This document shows, piece after piece, positions 38,638 through 51,619 of a DNA stretch of 64,000 nt (position 1 is its first letter; every line of letters starts with the position of its first letter). The notes beneath the pieces are model-generated. The model made no database searches. It had not been told where the DNA came from and saw only the letters and a list, made by a program, of their open reading frames with translations. Source of the DNA: Marsupella aquatica (lineage: Eukaryota > Plantae > Marchantiophyta). The translations under genes and the position numbers were made by a program. The stretch lies in contig OZ316898.1 of the NCBI GenBank assembly GCA_973895155.1, positions 11,121,187 to 11,185,186 of the forward strand, given 5' to 3'.

Positions 38638-41600
38638 TCAATCGTCATGTGGAGTAGCAGCCTCCACGTTCATCATGCGTCGCACGCTCCGCAGTCCAAT
38701 CGCCTGGCAGTGTCGGTGGTGAACTGATGGCGATAGTGATTTGGTGAAGAGATCCGCACAGTTGTCTGCACTTGAGATCTGCAAAATGTTGATCTCTTTT
38801 CCGTGTAACTCGTGGGTGTAGAAAAACTTTGGAGCTATATGCTTCACGCGATCGCCTTTGATGAATCCTTTCGTGATCTGCTGGATACATGCTGCGTTAT
38901 CCTCAAAAATGTTAGTAGGCTTCGTTAGTGGTGGTAGGCCGCATTTGGTGTTGATGTGGTTTATAAAGGATCGTAACCAAACGGCTTCACGACTAGCCTC
39001 ATGTAGAGCTAAGATTTCTGAGTGATTCGATGAGGTTGCTGTTAGGGTCTGTTTCACGCTTTTCCAAGAAAAGGCGGTACCCCCTATAGTAAAAACATAT
39101 CCGGTTTGGGATTTTGCGGTGTCAGTGTCGGAAAGATATCCGGCATCCGCATATCCTATGAGTTCATGGTTTGCACCAAATGGGTAAAATAACCCGGTAT
39201 CGGTGGTGCCACGCAGGTACCTAAATACGTGCTTAACTCCGTTCCAGTGTCTGGCTGTGGGAGTTGCACTGTGTCTAGCTAGGAGGTTAACTGCAAATGC
39301 AATGTCTGGTCGGGTCTGATTTGCTAAATACATTAATGCTCCTATCGCAGAAAGATATGGGGTTTCTGGTCCTAATAGTGGTTCATGTTCTTCGCGCTTG
39401 CAAAAAACATCGGTATTGATTTCTAATGAACGTACAACCATTGGTGATGTCAATGGGTGTGCTAGGTTCATATTGAACTATTTTAGGATCTTTTCAGTTT
39501 GTGTTGTCTGATGGAGCATCATGCCAGTGGGTAAGATCTCTAGTTGTAAGCCTAGGCAAAAGTTTGTATGTCCAAGGTCTTTCATCTCAAATGTTGATTT
39601 AAGACTAGTAATAGTATCTTCTGTAATTTGGGGTGTCCCAAATATATTTAAGTCATCAACATAAATAGAAACAATGACATATTCGTCATCCACATGTTTA
39701 ATAAATAAACATGGTGTAATGGCATCATGGGAAAAACCCATGGCAATCATTTCATCAGTAAATCTTTGATACCATACTCTGCCACTTTGTTTCAGGCCAT
39801 ATAATGCCTTCAACACGCGGATAGCTAGTCCACGGCGAGTATTCCGTACGGTTGACACAGCGGTGTCGTTATTATGAATTACATGTGTAGATGACACATG
39901 AGGTGTAACTTGAGATAATTGTGTTATAATCTTATGTAAATATGGGATATGCAATTTAGCGCCTTGAGCTAAAGCTTGGCGACGTTGCTCCAACTCGGGA
40001 GGTGATCGCATGTATAGACAAGTGTCTAAAGTTCCATATAGATATGCGGTTGCAACATCCAGTTGTCGCATTTGTAGTTTATGGAAAATGGCAAATCCGA
40101 TAAGGTATCGGAATGTTGTGCTATCCATGACCGGTGAGTAATTTTCATTGTAATGAATTCCCAGTTGTTGGGTAAATCATTTCCCTACCAGACGTGCTTT
40201 GTAGCGTACAACTTGGCCTTTATCATTTCATTTTCGGACAAATGTCCACTTGGAGCCAATGAGATGTACGTCTTGGGGTGTTGGCTCAACTAGGCCAAAA
40301 GTGTGTCTGCTTAGTAGGGAATCTAATTCTCCATTTATAGCTTTTTGCCATTCAGGCCAATCTGGTCTGTTTTGGCATTCTAAGATGGATATTGATTTGG
40401 GTGTTTCGTCTGTGATATGTGTTGCCACCATTAATGCAAAAGCATCATCTATTGAAGTAGTATTTCTATCCCACGTCTCGCCGGTGTGTGCGTAGTGGAT
40501 AGAAATCTCCTCATGAGTTGTGGATTCGTTATGATCGACATTAGGTGAAGGTGGTATAGATGAACCACGCCTTCTTGGTTGTTTATCCTTTGATCCCAAA
40601 GGTCTGCCATGTTTGGCACGAGGTTGGGATGTACTTGCTGACTCACTTGATAATTCGATGCGAGCAGATGCTCTCGCAACTGGAATATGTGAGCGGCTAA
40701 CTTGTAATGTATCGACGAAGACATCGGGAAGTTCTTCCACAATCTTGTGGAGTTGTAAAATTCGTTGGACTTCTTTCTCCCCTTGATTGGTTTGAAGGTC
40801 TTGCCAAAATGGCAAGTGTCTTTCCCACTCCAAAGGTGGTTGTGGGTGTTTAGGTGTTATTAATGATGGATAAACGTATTCATCAAAATGATAATCTAGG
40901 AATCTAGATTTAAAGACGTCGCCAGTTGTAGGCTCCATATATCGGATTATGGACGATGAGTCGAATCCGATGTATATCCCTAACTGTCATTGGGATCTCA
41001 TCTTGGTTCGTTTGGGTGGAGTAATGGGGACCATTACTTGACATCCAAATGAACGAAGATGTGATAGGTCAGGTTTTATACCATTAGCAATTTGGTATGG
41101 GCTATAGGTATTAAAAGCCGATGGGCGGTATTGAATTAATGCATTAGCCTGTAATATGGCATGTCCCCATGCTGAGACGGGGAGTTTCGACTACATTAGT
41201 AGTGGGCGTGCAATGAGCTGAAGGCGTTTAATGACAGCTTCAGCTAATCCATTCTGGAAATGCACGTGGGGTACAGGATATTGTACGTCGATGCCAAGTG
41301 ATGTACAAAAGTCGTCAAATGTTTCAGATGTGAATTCCCCTGCGTTGTCCACCCTTAGTGTCTTAATGGGGTGATCTGGGAATTGTGCCTTCACGCGCAG
41401 GATTTGCGCCAAGATGTGAGGCATCACCGTGTTCCTCGTTGAAAGCAGGGTCACATTTGACCATTTAGTGGATGTGTCGATTAATACTATAAAGTAGCGG
41501 AAAGGTCCGCTTGGAGGGTTAATTGGCCCGCAAACATCTGCATGGATGATTTCCAAGAATTGGGGTATTTTAGTTGGCAATTTTGATGTCGTGGGCCTTG

Positions 41601-43278
41601 TTATTAATTTTCCACGTGAGCATGCAGTGCATGGGGTGCTCGCTGGAATGTGGCATGTATTGATTGGAATGCCTCTTGAATTCTTAATGATTTTGGTTAG
41701 CATTGATTGGCCGGGGTGGCCGAGGCGTGCATGCCAAAGCGCATGCAATTCGCTTGTGTTGGCATTGTTATGTAGGCATTCAATATGAGTTACATAAAAC
41801 CCGCAAGGGTACGAGAAAAGTGTTTCTTTAATGATTTTCACCGTAGGGGTATTTTCAACCAAGTGGATGACTTCTTGGTCTCTTGTATCGCCTGTTTGGA
41901 CGTGTAGTCCATTTGCTCGTATATCTCTAAAACTGAGGAGATTGCGAGTTGCATTCGGGGCAAAAATAGCAGATTCTATGTGTATCTCGATCCCATGCGG
42001 GAGTCTAATAGAAGCTAGGCCGAAGCCCTCTTCTATTTGGCTAGGACCGTTGATAGTGGTGAGGGACCTACGTGAGGGTGTAATCTTGTGGAAAAGGTGC
42101 CTATCCCGGAGGATAGTATGCGTGGTCACACTGTCGATAATACATGTGCTTGGACTATTTAAATCTGGTGTAGTGGAGCTACTTGCCACTAAGTGTGCCT
42201 CGGGTTGGGCAGGTAGATCTGAAAAGTCTTGGAATGGGTCGCTAGACTCCATAAACGCCCCGTGGGTTTCACGGGGTGGTGCCCTAGAGGTTTGTCCATC
42301 CCTGAGGGATCATTGATATAGTTCTCTAAGGTGTTGCGGGATTCTACAATTTCTGGCTAGGTGGTTTGTCATGCCACATGCATGGCATTTCGGGTGTTCC
42401 TATTGTTGTCGGGATTGTGACCAATCGTTTCTACGGTTGTTGTTATATGTTCTTCCACCATCGCGTCCTCCACGTCCTTCTTGTCCACCACGTCCTCCAT
42501 GTCCTCTAAAGGTCCGTTGGGAGTTATATTGTGGACGTTGGTTATAGAAACTCCCCCTGTTGTGGGTGTTTCTTCGGTTGCCATTCTTAGTGCGCTTAAT
42601 GCCTTGCCTCGATGTGGAGGGTTCAACATTTTCTATGTTATGGGTTTCATTCTGTTGTCCTGAGGGCAGTGTGCCCGCAGGTCATTTTCTAGAGTTTACT
42701 AAAAGAAGTTCTTGGTTTTTTTCGGTGACTAGGAGGTGGGCTATGAGCTCGGAGTATTGCCCGAACTTCATGTTTCGATATTGTGTTGATAGCAACACAT
42801 TTGATGAATGAAATATCGACAAGGTCTTCTCTAGCAGATCCTTGTCTGTGACCGGCTGGCCACATAGTGCGAGGGTTGATATTATTCTAAAGAGTTCGCT
42901 ATTGTAGGCTGAAATAGAGGTAAAGTCTTGGACTCGCAGGTTTAGCCAGTCTTGCCTGGCTTTAGGTAGTTCGACCAATTTTTGGTGGTCGAATCGGGTT
43001 TGGAGCACTATCCATAGTTCACGAGGGGTTGAGAGGTGCATGTATTGTCTTTGCAAGAATCTATGGATGTGACGTCTAAGGAATACTAGAGCCTTGGATT
43101 CATTGGCTTTAGTTAACGGGTCTGGTTGGGGTTCGCCAGCTAGTATGGGTTGAGCCATCCCTATAGCTGGGAGTAGGGTTAGCGAGGTTAGGTTCTCTCT
43201 GAGGTTCATTGACCATTCCAGGTAGTTTCTACCATCAATTTCTAGGGCTGGAAAAGTTAGTTTCTCTAGGTTGGTCAT
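38638..43278 (-). pseudogene. Copia gag-pol polyprotein (gag, protease, integrase, RT, RNase H), interrupted
   Basis: ORF fragments 42682-43278 (gag), 41191-42252 (PR/INT), 40228-40938, 39478-40128 (RT) and 38638-39471 (RT/RH), separated by nonsense codons or frameshifts. Confidence 0.92.
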
Positions 43279-44716
43279 GGGGGTGGTGGCTTGATTCCTT
43301 TTAATGATAATGGTGCTTATTTACTAGTAAGTATAGTAAGAAACGACAAAGCACATTTCTGCGGTATGCAAAGTGGGGCTGGGTGGAGAGAGCATGCAAA
43401 TCCAAAATTTAATTATAGGGTTTGCACTTAGGATTTAGGTTGTCCTTGGTATTTGGTTAACTGCAAAGTTTCCTTTGTATTTTCTCTTTCCTTTGTTGAA
43501 TTGTGCAGTAAAGAAGTTTTGCAGTTTGTGCAGTTATGGATTTACTCATGCCCTGGTTAAGTGCACGTCCGTCTTTGTATAGTTGAGTTTTCTTTGTTAC
43601 GGTATGCAGTTATGAAGGTTTGCGGTTATGTGCGCTTATTTGGTTAAGTGCAACTTTTCCTTTGTAATTGAAATCTCTTTGACAGAGTTTGCACTTAAAG
43701 AGGTTTTTGCACTTAGCAGCAGTTTCTCGACGTTTTTCGATCATATGTTGCGAGATTTGGGTTCCAGCGGTGTCCTTCCAAGCTCCTCGGCGATGTCTGT
43801 CGCAGTCCCATCCTTCCATGGCTGCCTTCCTTCGATCGTTGATTGATCCTTTTCAGTTGTTATGCAATCCTTTCTTCAGTTTATGATGGGTTACTGGGAC
43901 GTCATCCTTATGAGGTCTCATCCCGTTGTGCCTGCTTCACTCCGCCTGATGCTGCCATATTGTTACTGCTCGTGCAATTCGTTGATGCTTCTGTGCCTCT
44001 TCTGATCTCCGTCTACTCCTAGGTATGACGATTTGGGACTCTTTCAATCAAAATCTTTCGAATCGCAAGGCGCTGCTGTTTACACAAGCTCCTCCTTTGC
44101 AAGTCTTTTGCCCTCGCCGTCTTTTCCAGCAAACTCTACTACTGCTTGCTCTCGTGCGAAGTCACACACAATAGCTTCGTCTCTGTTGCTTTTGTTTCCA
44201 CAAAGACTAATACTCTTTTGTTCAGTATTGATGCTGTAAGTGAAACTTCTGTATGGGCTCGCCAATCGCTCCACTTTTTGTCTTCTCAGTCACTTATCGC
44301 AGTGTCCTTATCTTCTTCACTTGGTTCAAATTCGCCTGCCAATGCAGGTCCTCTCTTGATCAGTGTTCGTCTTGGCTTCTGGGTCAATCTTGTTGAGATC
44401 GCTCCCCTTTCAGTCTACGTGGATCGTTTCAATTTCAGTTGCTTTTTCTCTTCTTTCAGGGTCGATCTGTTTGCAAATGAATTTCGGATGTCTTCTCTCT
44501 CGATTCTCCTCTATAATTCCTAATCGATGTCCTTGTGCAATTTTTGTTTTTTGCCCTTATGCGCCGGATGCTTGTCCCTTCATTCGCTTACTCACTTTCC
44601 TTTCTATCTCTTCGGGTTCGGTCAGGGATTTCTCTGTCAACTCAATTCCGCTTTCGATCCTTCACAATTCTGCCACAGCTTTGTAGATTTCTGTCCTCCG
44701 CTCAGTATGGTTGCTA

Positions 44717-44729
44717 CGTGCTGATAACG
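44717..44729 (-). promoter_or_regulatory. Primer-binding site complementary to the tRNA-Ile anticodon arm (half-tRNA priming)
   Basis: Element-sense CGTTATCAGCACG directly after the 5' LTR. The + strand CGTGCTGATAACG matches the plant tRNA-Ile(AAU) arm CGTGCTAATAACG, recalled from memory, except G at wobble position 34. Confidence 0.7.
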
Positions 44730-44842
44730 TGTCATGGAATGAATGCAATAGATAACTGTATAGTCAGGAATGTGTGTACATATAGTGGGGTACGTCGGGT
44801 GACCGGCTGGTCCGGTCGTCCGGTCATAGGTAGAGTCTAACA
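44730..44842 (-). repeat. 5' LTR of the copia element (113 bp)
   Basis: TGTCATGGAATGAATGC...GGTAGAGTCTAACA; differs from the 3' LTR by two small indels and several substitutions. Confidence 0.92.
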
Positions 44843-44902
44843 ATATACACTTTGTCATTCTTTTTAAATTCATTAATAATCAGTCCCAATGCCCATTATA
44901 TC

Positions 44903-45492
44903 TTACTTATAAATCTGCAACTACAAGCTAGAGTTGGGGCCTAGGCTTCTAGAGTGAAGCCTCTAGACCGTAACTCCATGACTCATCATGTAGAATGATG
45001 AGAAAACTGATGTCTATGATGTATGTCATGTCAAATGATAATCATGAGTGCTTTTTGTTATGATTTCTATTTATATTAAAAATTGATCTCTATGGCCCCA
45101 CCATATTATATGTGCATAAGTGTGATGTAGGATAGAAAAACTAGAGATGTGCATAGAAAAAAGTACTATGGTATGTTATGTCTGATTATTAAAATGATGA
45201 CATGCATGATAATTTTTTTATCATTTCATTAACCTTCAAAATATGTGAATAAGAAATATATTTTGGTGACATTTTTATTGTCCTCCCCGCTATTCACGTT
45301 CAAAGAATGGGTAGTCGGGGCTAGTTAATCTAAATGATGACGAGAATTATCATAAATGGTCATCATTTTGACATACACGCCCCTTCCTTCTTTATATACA
45401 CAGAAACTTTGGTGGGGCTTTAGAATCATGGTCTAGAGGCTTCACTCAAGCCTAGACCTCAACTCTAGCTTCTCATTGCAATTGACTAGTAA
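44903..45492. mobile_element. MITE-like non-autonomous DNA element with ~65-bp TIRs
   Basis: Left AAGCTAGAGTTGGGGCCTAGGCTTCTAGAGTGAAGCCTCTAGACC is the inverted counterpart of right GGTCTAGAGGCTTCACTCAAGCCTAGACCTCAACTCTAGCTT. AT-rich non-coding interior. Confidence 0.8.
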
Positions 45493-48272
45493 TATTTGTC
45501 ATGTTTTTGAACTCAAGTTAGCTCAGAACAATGCAATAGTGGTTGAACTTATGGGTGAAGCGCCCCCTTGAGCTACCCTATGTCCTAACTTGCCCACCCC
45601 TGCTGCCTTGAACATGGAGATGGGTCTCTTGTTGCTGCAAATTAAAGACAACCAGGAGTGGGACTGGATGATTGAAATAGACTCACCCCAAGGTGGAGGA
45701 TGGTAGCCAATGGACCAATCAGGTTGAGGGGAGTTTCAACTGTCCAATTTAGGAAAAATGCAGATGACTATTGGCAGATCATTCAAAGCTAACCTGAGTT
45801 AGTTTGTCTAGCCCCTATTGGAAACGGATGCCAGTGTACTAATTAAACTACACATCTTGGCAAAATCTGTGCCTGGACAAAGAAAAATGGCAACCTGGTA
45901 CATAGCTACCCAAGATTTGCATTGGCCACTAGTTGCAGCTACACTCTGTTTTGGGGTGAGAGAAAAGAAAGATTACAAATCCTTGTGCATTAGGGTCTGC
46001 CTGCATGCAGCTTGACCTCACCATCCCTGATCCGTCCTTGTGCATCCTTGCCCCCCTTGTGTGTCATGGAGGGCATGGGCCACAGATAGGCTCTGGGTGC
46101 ATTCACAACCTAATTTGCCATATTCAAGGGGAAGTCTTGGAGACTTCCTCTCTGGTATGGTCAGTGCTAGCCATATACAAGGGGGAAGTGTCCAAGACTT
46201 TTTCCTTTTTCGCTTTCCTCTCATTTTTCCTCACCTGTTCCATAATGCTCCACAAATTACGGAAATATACTATTATGGTGTAACCAGGTTTTTGTCATGG
46301 CTAGTGGTGGTTTAAACCATGCATGCCAATACAAGGAGCGTCAGAGGACTCCGGGTTACGCGGAGCCCTCGTTTATTCTTCGCATTTTTCAAGGGACATC
46401 GGGATCGCTGCTGTGCCTGCTCTTTCACCGTTGGATTTCCACTCGTACCATCACAAATTCTTGACCATTTGATGCAATCTTGGTCGCGAATTGTAGATCT
46501 TGACGACATCTACGTCTCGGAAAAATTGCCACCACATTTGACTCATTATTTCAAGAGAAATACATAAAAAAACATTCCTGCAATTTCATTGGCTGGGATA
46601 AAAAATTTGAAATTTAAAACATACTCGGGCAGCCGGGCAGGCCTTATTCAGGGTACGGAGCAGGAGTTTATGGTCACGACCCATGTACTGCAAATTTATC
46701 TTTTGTACTTTTTTTCCTGTGTTTTACAAATTCAAATGGTAGCTCATGTAGTTCCCTTTGGGTGAGGCTTGGCATCTGGTCTTGTAATTGACACCCCACG
46801 ATGTCAGGGTCAGAGCCACCAGAAATTCCTACTAGTCGATGTAAGTGAATACCCCGGGGTGGTGGTCCGTCTAGGCCTAAGTACCCAAGTGATGACATTG
46901 ACTACAAGAGGGTTCGGAGACCAGATGCCAAGCCTCCTATCCATGTCCCACTTGAGCGGTGGGATGATTGGGAGGAGCTCAGGGGATTATTGGGGGACCA
47001 TGCAACCACTCATGCTACAGTCATTATTTGGCTGCTCGACCAGGCTCAAGATATGATCGATGTCTTACGTACACAGCGAGCATTGGAGGCGGCGAGGCTT
47101 CTGCAAGCGACAATGGCTGCTGGGTATGAGAGTGGAGGTGCAAAATTTGATGTCAATGCACATCGGGCCAGCAATATGGAAGATGACATGGTATGAATCA
47201 ACCTAGCCCTACTGTAGGACACCCAATCATTTTGTGGTGTGTATTCCAAATATGATGCAAAATTATGCCTTGCATTATAATATCTTGGTCAAAGAGTGCA
47301 GGGTACTGACCATCACAATACTAATGGTACACTACTTTCTTTGTTGACAAATATTCGTGCAGCAGGGTAACGTTAGCGGTAGTGTTGAAGATAGGCTGTC
47401 TCAACAAGAAGTGGGGCCATTGGATGAACAGGTGTGTATGAGGTTGGTCTATTGTCAAATCAGAACTTTAGATCGTTTGACTAAGGCTCTATCAAATATT
47501 TTATCAAATATAATTTTATAAACATCCGTTAGTAAGTCTAAGGATGGTCAGAAATGGATATTTTACTCAACAAATCTATTGTGTACACATTTCCTTTCCA
47601 ATAAATAAAAACTCTTGAGCACACATTTCACTGACCTAGACATTCAAGTTTATATTAGGAACTTTGAATAATATTCAACTCTATCATAGTACACACCAAT
47701 TTATATGAGAAAATGTTTTTTTACCTGGAAATTCTAAATCACTCGAATTAATATATCAGTACAAATCCTTTCACTAGTAATATCACTTGCCCATTGTGAC
47801 GTACCATGCCTCCATTGAGACTATTTGTTCTTCATCCTAAACTTTGTGTCCCATTCACTCTAATGTAATGTTGCAGAAAAAAATATTTAATATTTTCACT
47901 CTAATGATATGAATATTCATCTATTTTTTATGAAGATCCTAAATTTTGTATCCCATAATATGAAGGATTTTGAGCACAATGAGGAAGTGTTTGGGACTTA
48001 CGATGAATGACCAGAGGACCTGCTACATGGATCGTTCGGAGAATATCACGCCAACTTTGAAGAGGATGAGCCAGATGTTGTGGCTGCTCTAGGTGTAGAG
48101 GTGTGTAATGTAATTTACTCTTACAACTGACCCAACTACTTCTTGTTCAAAGTTTTAGCAAGTTTTGTTGCATACTTTTTGAATGGGCATAAACTTTAAC
48201 TCATACTTCTGAACGCATGAATTGTTTTTCTTGGACATATGTAATGGACTGAGGAGATTTGCAAGACTGTAC

Positions 48273-48460
48273 ATGATGAATTCCCAGGCTCCTCCTACTG
48301 AGCTGCCGGATTCTCAGGTTCCTCCTCTTGAGGCGATGGATTCCCAAATTCCTCTTCATGACATTGATCCCGAGCTTTCTCCAGTTGAGGTGATGGATTC
48401 CAAAATTCCTCCAATTCAAGTGTTGGATTCTCAGGTTCCTCCTGTTGAGGTGTTAGATTC
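48273..48460 (+). repeat. ~30-bp (10-aa) coding minisatellite in the transposase N-terminal region
   Basis: GATTCTCAGGTTCCTCCT.TTGAGG.G.TG units giving (DSQVPPVEVL)-like repeats, about six copies. Confidence 0.85.
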
Positions 48461-50726
48461 TTTGGCTCATCCAAGGGTGCCTACATCAAGATTCAGATCT
48501 CATGAGCCTGCTAGAGTAGGGTTTCTAGAGCGACACTTGGTGCACACTTTGGTGGACCAGCTACTCCCTAGATGTCACATATCCGGATGTCCTTTGACCC
48601 CTCGCGTAGAACATGTTAGAGAGTTGCAACAGTTGTGGTCTATTCGAATCACTTGTGGGTAGGAAGGACATGGTTGGACTTTTCTCACAGGTGAGATGGA
48701 GCCAGGGAGGGGTACACCTATGGTTACTAGCAAGTTGTACCACTCCACATTATGCGCAGGCCTGACATATACATCACTTGCAGCCGTTGCATCACATGTA
48801 GGACTGCATGTCCCTAGCTCGCAACATTGGTACATGACTTTCAGATTGGTCAGGGTCGTTCTGGCATTGGTTGGATTAGAGTTGTCAAGCAACAATGGGA
48901 GGAAAACCAACAAAAGTTGTGGGAGGATGTCAAACATGATCTTCACCACATGCGTGACAACGAAAGAGGTTAGTACCCTCTATCTATGATTTTATAAAAT
49001 TATTTTTTCAAGTAAAGCTGAGACAAGTCATTGTTCTGGTCCTAAAGCTGTCCTTGAATTTTTTATTTTATTGTACATTTTTATATGATTTTAAGTCACC
49101 CAGTATCATTAGCATGCATGTTGTGCTTTTCGGCAGATCCGGGTCTTGTGGTGTATCTAGATGCTCGATGGGACTCCTCTCGTAGTGGTTATCATGGCAC
49201 TGTTTCTATTATCAACCTTCATGATAGTAAGGTCATAGAAATGGTTACTACCACAAAGAAAGAGCAGCCCAATTCATGGTTGATGGAGGAAATAGGGACC
49301 AGAAAAGGATTGGAGAGGTTGCGAGATAATGGAATTGTCATCAAAGAGGTTAGTGCATCAATTTTTCAATATTATGAATTTCTTCATAGCTTTCTTATCA
49401 TGTGTTTGTAAATTCAGTATTAAATGCTAATTATCTTGGGACTTGTCATGTGTAGGTCATCCATGATGAAAATACCGCGGTGGATGCTATCCTTAGAGAC
49501 CTAGGGTTGAAAAATCAAAAAGATTTGTGGCACAAAGCTAAAAATCTTGTCAGAAAATTTGTGGACAAGTTAGTGAAGTGCACATTCACCTTGACTGTGG
49601 ACATTGATACTGCAACAACAAGGTTAGTAAATATTGTGTTATGCAAGTTTTTTTTACTTTACTACAAAATTACATTAATTTTATCTTCCAAATGTCTTCC
49701 CTCCATTCTAAGAGGTCACTGCGGGGGTCATTGTGCAGGTCACAGCTGCAGATTGCAAGTGTGAAGCAGTTGCAAGATTGGCTGAAGGCAAAGAGGGTAA
49801 AGGGGTTGTCTAAGTTGAGGAAAATTGACCTCATCCACAAGGTGGGAGGATGGAGGGGATTACCAATTGAGGAGACATTGGTGCCTATAGTATCCCGTGG
49901 ACTGAAGTATCCAGAGCTTAGTCAACATAACATGTCCATGAAGTTGAAGACTTGGTTCTATATTTGCTGCAGAAGGTGCAAAACATCGTAAGTATTATAC
50001 TAGCTCCATCCAAACACAATTTTGACCTTCAGGGATGATTTGTAATTCTTTGAGACTTTGGTTGGTGGACTTGGATGATGAATTCTTGTTACGCAGAGGG
50101 GGCCATGCGCATTCACTAGCACATGAGGTAGGTAACTGTGCAGACCATTGTTATTCATACAACATGTCTTACACTACCTGACCGACCCTGACACCATGTT
50201 GGAGAGGAAGGAGGACCCCAGCTGGATTTATATTATGCAAAAGATTAGTATATGCATTTCAGAACAAGTTTGTGTGTGCAACTGGAACTGTCATCAAATC
50301 ATTAATGCATTATTTTAGACATAATGCACAACATTACTTATTGTGGTTGTTTGTTGTCATTGTTGGGGCATAGACTCAGTGACCCATGTTGCCATGAAGG
50401 GATTTATGGCAAAGTACATCACTCCAACAAAGATGCAATGGTATACAATGGCCAGAGAAAATTTATTGTCAGAGACATTCCATTCAGTGATGGGAAAGTT
50501 TGCCACGAAACGCATACACTTTCCAGTATCTCATGAGGCTCGTCTCATGTGTGCGTTCATGGATTGGAATGAGAACATTGGCCGCCCGGTGTGGAAGATA
50601 GTTCCTCGCATTCCCGTGCATACTGCTGTGAGAGATAGGCCAGCTCGCACTAGACTGTTGGTGGAGAGGACCACAAATTGGAAAGATGCAATTAGTCAAC
50701 GCATCTATGGAGCTCCAACATTGTGA
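48273..50726 (+). pseudogene. Kolobok-type DDE transposase, intron-containing, disrupted
   Basis: Spliced reading C..GHGWTF...KLYHSTLCAGLTY...W...Q..|LVVYLDARWDSSRSGYHGTVSII...SWLMEEIG..KGLERL..NGIVIKE|VIHDE...QKDLWHKAKN...|RENLLSETFHSVMGKFATKRIHF...ARLMCAFMDWNENIGR. This matches the DGRxDS / MExxG / TD / DxWH / ExFHS...KR...AR...DxNEN pattern. In-frame TAG at 48660-48662 and a frameshift near 48835. Further 5' exons possible from ~46740. Confidence 0.72.
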
Positions 50727-51082
50727 TGCATGTCATTGTGAGTCTAGTGCCTGGTCTGGTGTGTATTATTTTCTTGTAAGTTATGTTGTGGCATTTAATT
50801 TTTCTTCAATATATAATTTGTGTTAAATCAATTATCAACTTTGTGAAGAATATTTCCTTTTATTTTAGATTCTAATATTTGGTCATTTGTTGCAGGGCAC
50901 CCAGTTTTAGGGAGGTTTAGGCATAGATTTGGTGACATGGTTTACAAACTTGTGTTTCTATTCAAAAGGGTATATGTACATGGTGAACCCTTGTAGCTGC
51001 CAATCAGCAAGAGTTTCATGACAATTGAAGAATTTTTATTCATATGGGTGGGTCACGTATACCATTACATGAAAAAGCATGA

Positions 51083-51619
51083 CTAGAAATTATACATGGG
51101 AATGACTCCTAGGAAATTCTCTTCATCCGACTGCCAATGCGATTTTATTGCCAATTCCACCTGCTCAGGGAGCACTGAGCTCTCCACCTTTCCACACAAC
51201 GAATTCAGGTGTCTGACAACTTGCAATCTCTTCTTATACATAACGTTCTCACACCAACTAAAAGCAGCACATAGGAGGAGCTGGTGTGTGGGTACTGTAG
51301 GAGAGAGAACCTCACTACAATCGTGCACAAATGTGCAAAACTCAGGGAAACAGTACTCAATGTCAGCCATAGTGAAGGTGCATTGTCGGTTGATGCTATG
51401 TGGTTCTATCCAAGTCAGGATAAAGCTCCCATCTCGACACTCATTCAAGGTAATTTTCTGTTTACAAGTTTCCTCTTGGTCTACAAACTAAAGACAACAC
51501 AAATGAATGTCAAAACTTAGCTAATATTTTTGTAAAAGTAGTACTGTAAATAGAAACCAAAAATTAACCAGGAAACTATACTTACATGATGTGGTCCATA
51601 TCTGGTGTGAGCCTTCCAT
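51083..51619 (-). CDS. Kolobok accessory protein (KolX/P2X7-C-terminal-like), paralogue 1; 2 exons
   Basis: Exons 51586-51619 and 51083-51480 (phase 1, GT-AG): MEGSHQIWTTSYQEETCKQKITLNECRDGSFILTW...FPEF...LLLCAAFSWCENVMYKKRLQVVRHLNSLCGKVESSVLPEQVELAIKSHWQSDEENFLG. Confidence 0.6.

Larger units (their letters stand above)
38240..44842 (-). mobile_element. Full-length, disrupted Ty1/copia LTR retrotransposon, Bianca-like lineage
   Basis: TG...CA LTRs at 38240-38341 and 44730-44842. 5-bp TSD ATATA at 38235-38239 and 44843-44847. PPT AAAAGGGGAG (rc of 38342-38350). Gag MTNLEKLTFPALEIDGRNYLEW, protease IIDSVTTHTI, LWHARLGH, integrase HADVCGP...RVDNAGEF, RT LYGLKQSG/YVDDL, RNase H YADAGY...IFEDNAAC. 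Stops and frameshifts present. Confidence 0.95.

Noticed and set aside
46000-46311. Long terminal direct repeat (KolobokP-type) at the left end
   Set aside because: Only a 14-nt TAGT.GTGGTTTAA match to the right end; no extended direct homology visible.
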